From the NCBI GenBank assembly GCA_947478395.1, contig CANJVR010000002.1, positions 608,001 to 672,000 of the forward strand: 64,000 nucleotides of DNA, given 5' to 3'. The notes beneath the pieces were generated by a model. The model was given only the letters and a program-made list of their open reading frames with translations. It had not been told where the DNA came from and did not search any database. Origin of the DNA: Opitutia bacterium. GTDB taxonomy: Bacteria; Verrucomicrobiota; Verrucomicrobiia; Opitutales; Opitutaceae. The stretch's first letter is position 1, and every line of letters begins with the position of its first letter. This document shows, piece after piece, positions 57,480 to 64,000 of the stretch. The position numbers and the translations under genes were made by a program.

Positions 57480-58136
57480 TCACCTTGGAGCTACGGCTTC
57501 CCGCCGCACAAACGACGGCGTGGTCCGCGGATATTCCAGCGCGAACGGCGTGAGGTATTGCGGCTGAAACAAGCCATCGTTGGCCGGCGCAGCCGCGAGC
57601 GCTGAGGCTTGAAAACCTTTGCGGGCGGCATCGTCCGCGAGTGCGATGGCCCAGTTGGCTCGTCCCGCGGCAACCGGCTTACCGCCGACCGCCAGCGCCA
57701 CGCTCCAGAACTTAGGATCGCCGTGGAGTTGATCGCGTTTCACGAGTTCCGGCGGCAGGTAAAAGCGGACCCCAGTCCGACCTGATTCCAACGCCACGCA
57801 CTCGGCCGCGGCCCGGTAGTAATCGACCCGTTTTTCGGACGAGCCGGCCGGCGTCGCTGCGCCGGGTAATTCAAAACCGACGGTCAATTCAACCCCCACC
57901 CGATTAACGGTGCGCCCCGCCACGGGCGTGGCCGCGAGCATGACTTCGGCTTCGAGCCAGGACCCGGAATTTCTAGCCACCGGCGTGACCGTGCGAAACC
58001 GGACCGCGCTGACACTTATATCCTCGGATGCAACGGCAACGCCCGCGAAAACGATCCATGCCAGCAGCCGACCGAGGTTTCGCAGTGAGGAAGGGCGCAC
58101 GGAAAAAATGGTTGTCGGAGCTTTTCCCGGCGTCAC
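57480..58136 (-). CDS. Exported hypothetical protein (Amuc_1102-like)
   Basis: Signal-like LLAWIVFAGVAVA, WLEAEV, FYLPP, YLTPF; upstream of and co-oriented with the pilM-like gene; start uncertain. Confidence 0.6.
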   Translation of the reverse strand: MTPGKAPTTIFSVRPSSLRNLGRLLAWIVFAGVAVASEDISVSAVRFRTVTPVARNSGSWLEAEVMLAATPVAGRTVNRVGVELTVGFELPGAATPAGSSEKRVDYYRAAAECVALESGRTGVRFYLPPELVKRDQLHGDPKFWSVALAVGGKPVAAGRANWAIALADDAARKGFQASALAAAPANDGLFQPQYLTPFALEYPRTTPSFVRREAVAPR

Positions 58137-58167
58137 GTTAATTTCCCTCGCTCGCGTCCTTCACCGC

Positions 58168-58701
58168 ATGATTTCGCCCGCCGCCCCCCTGCTCTCCTAC
58201 AAGATCGCCGTTCTGGTTTTTCTCGAGAACGCCGCAGGCGAACATCTGCTCCTGCTCCGCGCCAAGCCGCCGAATCTCGGCGTGTGGAGCCCTATCGGTG
58301 GAAAATTAGAGACCGCGATCGGCGAATCCCCATTCGAATGCGCCGTGCGTGAAACGGCGGAAGAAACCGGTTTCACCGTAACGGCCGACGACCTGCATCT
58401 CTTCGCGATGATCGCGGAAAAAGACTACGAAGGTCAGTCGCACTGGCTGATGTTTCTGTTTCGATGCAAGCGGCCGATCCCGCATCTTCCTGCAGATATG
58501 GAGGAAGGGAAATTCGGCTTTTTCTCCCGCGCCGCGATCGCCACATTGCCGATTCCCGAGACGGATCGCAGCGCGCTTTGGCCGATCTATGACCAGTACC
58601 GCGACAAGTTTGTCGCGCTGAAAGCCGACTGCGCCCCGGGCCAGCCGGTGAAAGTCGACATCGAGGAAATAACGCCGCGGCCACCGGCGTCGGCCGATTA
58701 G
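58168..58701 (+). CDS. NUDIX hydrolase
   Basis: GGKLE...GESPFECAVRETAEETG Nudix box; start ATG 58168. Confidence 0.9.
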   Translation: MISPAAPLLSYKIAVLVFLENAAGEHLLLLRAKPPNLGVWSPIGGKLETAIGESPFECAVRETAEETGFTVTADDLHLFAMIAEKDYEGQSHWLMFLFRCKRPIPHLPADMEEGKFGFFSRAAIATLPIPETDRSALWPIYDQYRDKFVALKADCAPGQPVKVDIEEITPRPPASAD

Positions 58702-58966
58702 AGTTTTTTGGGGGTGGCATTTCGCGTTGTGCGCGATGGGCGGGTCGAAGTCGCCGTCGTGCTCGATGCGACACCTGGAACTCAAGATATTTTTGCCCCG
58801 GAACGCGGGGAGGACACAAAAAAGAGAATCCATTTTCCCGTGGTCGCCGTGGTTTCAGCGAGATCAGAACGGCAAACTCGAAACCCCAAACTGGGGCCGA
58901 ATCCACGCTTGATTTCCCTACCTTCCGACGAAGACTGTTCCACTTTTAACCGCGAAACTATCTCCC

Positions 58967-60064
58967 GTGAGCAAGAAAACGAGCGCCACCATCGAGCCCA
59001 AATCCACCGGAACCACCGCCGGCGTTAACCACGCGCTCGCGCCTGCCAACGCCGCGCTTTCCCGCGAACAAAGGATCGAACTTTTTCGCCAAATGGTCCG
59101 CATCCGCCGTTTCGAAGAGCGCTCACTCCGCGCTTACCAAGGCAAAAAGATCGGAGGCTTTCTCCATCTCTACATCGGCCAGGAAGCTGTCGCCGTCGGC
59201 TGCTGCTCGCTCATGGGCAAAGACGACCACGTCATCACCGCCTACCGCGATCACGGCCACGCCATCGCCGTCGGTATGGATACGAAACCGCTCATGGCCG
59301 AGCTCTACGGCAAAGTCACCGGTTGCTCCAAGGGTAAGGGCGGTTCGATGCATTACTTCGACCCTTCGCGTAATTACTGGGGCGGCCACGGTATCGTCGG
59401 CGGCCAGATCCCCCTCGGCGTCGGCCTCGCGTACGGAGTCAAATACAAGGGCCTCAAAGGCTCCGCGATGGCGTTTATGGGCGACGGAGCGGTCAATCAG
59501 GGCGCCGTCCACGAGGCCTATAATCTAGCCGCACTGTGGAATCTTCCGTGCGTGTTTGTCATCGAGAACAACGGTTACTCGATGGGCACGAGCCAGGCTC
59601 GTTCCTCCGCAGGCGAACTCGCCAAACGCGCCGAAGGCTACGGCATGGCGTGGGGCATGTGCGACGGTCACGACGTTTACGAAGTGCGCGCCACCATGGA
59701 TCATTTTCTGAAACGCGCCCGCGAGGAATCGAAACCCGCGGTGGTCGAGATCCGCACGTACCGCTATCGCGGTCACTCGGTCGCCGACCCGGACGACACC
59801 TACCGCAGCAAAACCGAGATCGAAGAATACCGCCGCACGAAAGATCCGATTCAGGTATTTCAGGCCATCCTGCTCGCGGAGGGTGTGCTCACGCCCGAGA
59901 GCGCCGAGCAGATCGATGCCGCCGCGCGCGCCGAGGCCGATACGGCCGCGGATTTTGCCGAGGCCAGTCCCTACCCGACGGTCGACGATATCCAGAAAGA
60001 TGTTTACTGGGAGTCCGACAATCCCTCGGAGCGCAAATCCGAAGGCCGGCTGTTTTTCAACTAA
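58967..60064 (+). CDS. pdhA: Pyruvate dehydrogenase E1 alpha
   Basis: GFLHLYIGQEA, YRDHG, GKGGSMH, GDGAVNQG, ENN, YRYRGHS. Confidence 0.96.
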   Translation: MSKKTSATIEPKSTGTTAGVNHALAPANAALSREQRIELFRQMVRIRRFEERSLRAYQGKKIGGFLHLYIGQEAVAVGCCSLMGKDDHVITAYRDHGHAIAVGMDTKPLMAELYGKVTGCSKGKGGSMHYFDPSRNYWGGHGIVGGQIPLGVGLAYGVKYKGLKGSAMAFMGDGAVNQGAVHEAYNLAALWNLPCVFVIENNGYSMGTSQARSSAGELAKRAEGYGMAWGMCDGHDVYEVRATMDHFLKRAREESKPAVVEIRTYRYRGHSVADPDDTYRSKTEIEEYRRTKDPIQVFQAILLAEGVLTPESAEQIDAAARAEADTAADFAEASPYPTVDDIQKDVYWESDNPSERKSEGRLFFN

Positions 60065-60201
60065 GCTTTCAAGCCCTAGGCGCAAAAATGCGAATTTTCG
60101 CAAGCAAACGCTAAGTCAGAATTCACACTTTGCGTCAGCTGCGCGCTCCTTTGCGTTCCCGAGCTTAATCCGACTCCGATTTCCAAATTCAATTTTTACC
60201 G

Positions 60202-61179
60202 ATGCCACTGATCACTTACCGCGAAGCCATCCGCCACGCCCTCGCCGAGGAACTCACGCGCGACGCCAACGTCGTCGTCATGGGCGAGGAGGTCGGCCAG
60301 TTCAACGGCGCCTACAAGGTCACCCAGGGCCTGCTCGAAAAATTCGGGCCGAAACGCATCGCCGACACGCCGATCAGCGAAGCGGGCTTCATCGGCATGG
60401 GCATCGGTGCCTCGATGCTCGGCATTCGCCCAGTCATGGAGCTAATGTTCTGGTCCTTCTACTCGGTCGCGTTCGACCAGATTCTAAACAACGCGGCCAA
60501 CGTCCGCTACATGTCCGGCGGCCAGATCAATTGCCCGATCGTCATTCGCGGCCCGGCCAACGGCGGCACCAACGTCGGCGCCACGCACTCACACACGCCG
60601 GAAAACGTCCTCGCGAATCACCCAGGCGTTAAAGTCGTCGTGCCGTCCACGGCCTACGACGCCAAAGGCCTGCTCAAGTCTTCGATCCGCGACAACGATC
60701 CCGTTTTCTTCATCGAGAACACGATTCTTTACGGCGATAAGGGTGAAGTGCCCGACGAGGAATACGTGATCCCACTCGGCAAGGCCGACGTGAAGCGCGA
60801 AGGCAAGGATCTCACCATTGTCACCTACGGCCGGCCGGTGATTCAGTCGCTCGCCGCCGCCGAATTGTTGGCCAAGGAACACGACATCTCAGTTGAAATT
60901 GTCGATTTACGCACGATTCGTCCCCTCGATATCGAGACCGTATTGAAGTCCGTCGCAAAGACGCACCGCGTGCTCATCGTCGAGGAGCAGAAACCGTTCT
61001 GCGGCGTCGGCGCGCAGATTTCGCACATGATTCAGTCCGAGGCTTTCGACGAACTCGACGCCCCCATCGCCCGCCTCTGCACGATCGACGCGCCGGCGAT
61101 CTACAGCCCCGCGGTTGAATCCGAGCAACTGCCCAACCCCCAGCGCATCCTCAAAGCCGCCCTAGCCCTTCTCGACTGA
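60202..61179 (+). CDS. pdhB: Pyruvate dehydrogenase E1 beta
   Basis: GEEV...GAYKVT, DTPISE, DQI.N.AA, HS, DAKGLL, DLRTIRPLD. Confidence 0.95.
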   Translation: MPLITYREAIRHALAEELTRDANVVVMGEEVGQFNGAYKVTQGLLEKFGPKRIADTPISEAGFIGMGIGASMLGIRPVMELMFWSFYSVAFDQILNNAANVRYMSGGQINCPIVIRGPANGGTNVGATHSHTPENVLANHPGVKVVVPSTAYDAKGLLKSSIRDNDPVFFIENTILYGDKGEVPDEEYVIPLGKADVKREGKDLTIVTYGRPVIQSLAAAELLAKEHDISVEIVDLRTIRPLDIETVLKSVAKTHRVLIVEEQKPFCGVGAQISHMIQSEAFDELDAPIARLCTIDAPAIYSPAVESEQLPNPQRILKAALALLD

Positions 61180-61321
61180 ACTCGTTCGCATCCTGAATAA
61201 GAGCAACGACGCCAAGGCTCGCAAAGATTCGCCAAGATTAAATTCTTCGCCCTGAACTTTGCCCCTCTGCGTCTGGGCGCTTACACCTCTTAACTCTCTT
61301 AGTCCTCTCCCACTCCACTCC

Positions 61322-62641
61322 ATGGCCAACATCATCGAAATGCCGAAACTCAGCGACACCATGACGGTGGGCACGCTGCTCAAGTGGCTCAAAAAAGAGG
61401 GCGATGTCGTCAAGTCCGGCGACATGCTCGCCGAAGTCGAGACCGACAAGGCCACGATGGAGCTCGAGAGCTTTTTCGACGGCACAATCCTGAAAATTTT
61501 CTCGCCTGCCGGCTCCCAGGTTCCGCTCGGTGCCGCGCTCTGTGCCATCGGCAAGCCCGGAGAGAAATTCGATACCCCAGCGCCCAAAGCCGCGCCCGCC
61601 CCCGCCGCTCCGGCGACTCCGGCCGCCACTCCCGCGCCCGCTCCAGCTCCTGTGGCCGCCGCGCCCGCTGCCGTATCTGTTGAAACGAAATCCTCGTCGC
61701 ATGCCTCCGCCGACCGAGCGGTGGCCGCGCCAACTTCGGCCCGCGTTAAGATCTCGCCCCTCGCCCGCAAACTCGCCGAGGAAAAGAAAATCGATTTCAG
61801 CCGCGTCAAAGGCTCCGGCCCGGGCGGCCGCATCGTGCGCGCCGACATCCTAGCCGCGGAAAAAAATCCGCCGGCCGCCGCGGCGAAATCCACCAAACCC
61901 GCCGGCGTCGATGTCTGGCCCTGGCGTTCCGTTCAGGACAAGTCGGCCGTCCAAGCCGAGACATTTGTCCCGGCGTCCAACATGCGCGCGACCATCGCGC
62001 GCCGTCTGCTGGAAGCCAAGACGACCATTCCTCATTTCTACCTCGATCTGGAAATCGATGCCGGACCGTTGCTGATTCTGCGCGCCCAACTCAACGCGGG
62101 TCTCGCCAAGGACGGCGTGAAACTTTCCGTCAATGATTTCGTGCTCAAAGCCGCCGCCGCCGCGCTCCGCGCCGTTCCCGGCGTGAACACCTCCTGGACT
62201 GGCGCCGGTATCCAACACCACGGCGCCGTGCACGTTTCCTTCGCGGTCGCGATCGAAGACGGCCTGATCACACCGGTGATTCGCAACACCGACACGAAGA
62301 CTCTCTTTCAAATCAGCAGCGAAGCGAAAGCGCTGGGTGGGCGTGCAAAGGACAAAAAGCTGCAGCCCGCCGAATTCACCGGCGGCACGTTCTGTGTCTC
62401 GAATCTCGGCATGGCCGGGATTGACCGCTTCTGCGCAATCATCAATCCGCCCAACGCCGCGATCCTCGCGGTCGGCGCGACGGTCAAGAAGCCGGTGGTG
62501 AAGGACGATGCGATCGTGATTGGCGAACGCATGACACTCACGCTCTCCGGCGATCACCGCGTAGTCGACGGCTTGCTCGGCGCCAAATTTCTTAACGCCG
62601 TCAAAGCCCACCTCGAGACGCCCGCGTTGCTGCTGCTCTAA
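61322..62641 (+). CDS. pdhC: Pyruvate dehydrogenase E2 (dihydrolipoamide acetyltransferase), single lipoyl domain
   Basis: MPKLSDTM, ETDKAT lipoyl motif, Ala/Pro linker, SPLARKLA..GSGPGGRI, DHRVVDG; start ATG 61322. Confidence 0.95.
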   Translation: MANIIEMPKLSDTMTVGTLLKWLKKEGDVVKSGDMLAEVETDKATMELESFFDGTILKIFSPAGSQVPLGAALCAIGKPGEKFDTPAPKAAPAPAAPATPAATPAPAPAPVAAAPAAVSVETKSSSHASADRAVAAPTSARVKISPLARKLAEEKKIDFSRVKGSGPGGRIVRADILAAEKNPPAAAAKSTKPAGVDVWPWRSVQDKSAVQAETFVPASNMRATIARRLLEAKTTIPHFYLDLEIDAGPLLILRAQLNAGLAKDGVKLSVNDFVLKAAAAALRAVPGVNTSWTGAGIQHHGAVHVSFAVAIEDGLITPVIRNTDTKTLFQISSEAKALGGRAKDKKLQPAEFTGGTFCVSNLGMAGIDRFCAIINPPNAAILAVGATVKKPVVKDDAIVIGERMTLTLSGDHRVVDGLLGAKFLNAVKAHLETPALLLL

Positions 62642-62683
62642 GCGGAAATTCGGATTCAACCCGAGCCGGTGCGATCGACGTTT

Positions 62684-62749
62684 CGGCAGGCGTACCTGCC
62701 GGCCGAAACGATCGCGCCGAACCCGGCAGGCAGAGACGCCCGCCGCTAC
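62684..62749. repeat. Degenerate doublet of GTAGCGGCAGGC-family REP-like elements
   Basis: CGGCAGGCGTACCTGCCGG ... CCGGCAGGCAGAGACGCCCGCCGCTAC. Confidence 0.65.
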
Positions 62750-62930
62750 TCAAAACGGCCGCGGGCGACTTTAATCCGCTCTCCCGCGCCCTCCCGCCCA
62801 TTTCTGGCTGGAGTGCCCGGGCGGCTGTCGTTGCGTGCGGGCTCGCGCGGACGCTTTCGGAAAGCGGCGGCATGTCGGCTCACTCCAAACGGCACCAGTG
62901 CGTGCGCTACCTGCCGATTTCTACCCGCCT

Positions 62931-64000
62931 TCAGCGCTTGCGCCCCACGACCTTGGCTTTTTCCGCCGCGCGGCCCCGCGCTCGACTCGGATATTCCTTC
63001 GACGGCGCCATCCCGACCTTACGGAAATCACCCGTGCGCAAAGCAGTGATTTGATCGCGCAACAACGCCGCCCGCTCAAATTCCAATTTCGCCGACGCTG
63101 TCTGCATTTCCTCTTCCAGCTCAGCGATCACCGCCGCGACGTCATCGACGCTTTCCGCAACTATTGAGTCCTCCGTTTTCCGGCCCGAACCATCGTACAG
63201 ATGCAGGCTCGATTGCGCGGAGCGTTTTACGCCGTACGGCGTGATCCCGTGCTCGGTGTTATACGCGAGTTGCTTGGCCCGGCGTGCACTTGTCACGGCG
63301 ATCGTGCGTTTAATCGAAGCCGTTTCTTTATCGGCGTAAAAAATCACCCGGCCTTTTTCGTGCCGCGCCGCCCGGCCGGAAGTCTGGATCAAGCTGGTTT
63401 CGCTGCGCAGAAATCCCTCCTTGTCCGCATCCAGAATCGCGACGAGCGCCACCTCTGGCAGGTCGAGTCCTTCGCGGAGGAGGTTGATGCCGATCAACAC
63501 GTCGAAGTTTCCCAACCGCAGATTGCGTAAAATCTCCACGCGCTCGATCGCGTCGATATCGGAATGCAGATACTCCACGCGGATATTCGACTCGCGCATG
63601 TAACTCGTGAGATCCTCCGAGAGCCGCTTGGTCAGCGTCGTGACGAGCACACGTTCGCCGGCCAACACCGCCAGCTTGATCTCCGAAATCAAATTCTCCA
63701 CCTGCCCCTTCGTGGAGCGCACCGTGATCACCGGATCGAGCAGACCGGTCGGCCGGATCACCTGCTCCGCTATGACGGTAGAAGCCTTGAGTTCGTACTC
63801 CGCCGGCGTGGCCGAAACGTAAAGCGTCTGGCCGGTGATTTGGCGAAACTCCGCGAAGCTTTGCGGCCGGTTGTCGAGCGCCGACGGCAGGCGGAAACCA
63901 AAATTCACCAACGTGGTTTTGCGCGCGAGGTCGCCGTTGTACATCCCGCCGATCTGGGAAACGGTGGCGTGGCTCTCGTCGATCATCACGATTAAATCTT
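62931..64000 (-). CDS. uvrB: Excinuclease ABC subunit B (5' part outside the window)
   Basis: [58 protein letters not shown]-terminal UVR domain (FERAALLRD). Confidence 0.97.
   Translation of the reverse strand, partial: DLIVMIDESHATVSQIGGMYNGDLARKTTLVNFGFRLPSALDNRPQSFAEFRQITGQTLYVSATPAEYELKASTVIAEQVIRPTGLLDPVITVRSTKGQVENLISEIKLAVLAGERVLVTTLTKRLSEDLTSYMRESNIRVEYLHSDIDAIERVEILRNLRLGNFDVLIGINLLREGLDLPEVALVAILDADKEGFLRSETSLIQTSGRAARHEKGRVIFYADKETASIKRTIAVTSARRAKQLAYNTEHGITPYGVKRSAQSSLHLYDGSGRKTEDSIVAESVDDVAAVIAELEEEMQTASAKLEFERAALLRDQITALRTGDFRKVGMAPSKEYPSRARGRAAEKAKVVGRKR

Noticed and set aside
58967..62641. Absence of E3 (lpd) from the pdh cluster
   Set aside because: Common arrangement; E3 is frequently encoded elsewhere and shared.

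Overview
GC-rich bacterial chromosome segment, most likely Opitutaceae/Opitutales (Verrucomicrobiota), inferred from gene content: an Amuc_1098-1102-like cluster, the 'R-L-x-N-I-S-T-R-G' C-terminal domain pair and zwf-opcA. About 45 CDS. Most are housekeeping or central metabolism: mqo, rhaB/rhaEW, dapL, hemF-hemE-hemY, ileS-dksA-lspA, yicC, trpB, acnA, tyrS, cls, zwf-opcA, pdhABC and a partial uvrB. No rRNA, tRNA, CRISPR array, prophage or transposase was recognised. The main candidate system is a tightly coupled minus-strand operon at 45.5-58.1 kb. It encodes an Amuc_1102-like protein, a PilM-PilN fusion, a PilO/Amuc_1100-like protein, an Amuc_1099-like protein and a TPR-extended secretin. 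A ~1715-aa secreted protein follows directly (11 Ig-like repeats, DUF4214-like helical repeats, an I-set Ig domain and a tandem Verrucomicrobia-type C-terminal domain), suggesting a secretin-based export or surface-display system with its cargo. Other notable items: an intact PanC-like gene with its ATP- and substrate-binding motifs substituted; a cysC plus repeat-fused sulfotransferase islet ending in G16; a sulfatase-FGE-metal transporter unit; a candidate 6S-like structured RNA; a GT-C glycosyltransferase missed by the ORF track; and abundant REP-like and other intergenic repeats. All calls come from motif recognition by eye; no searches were run.
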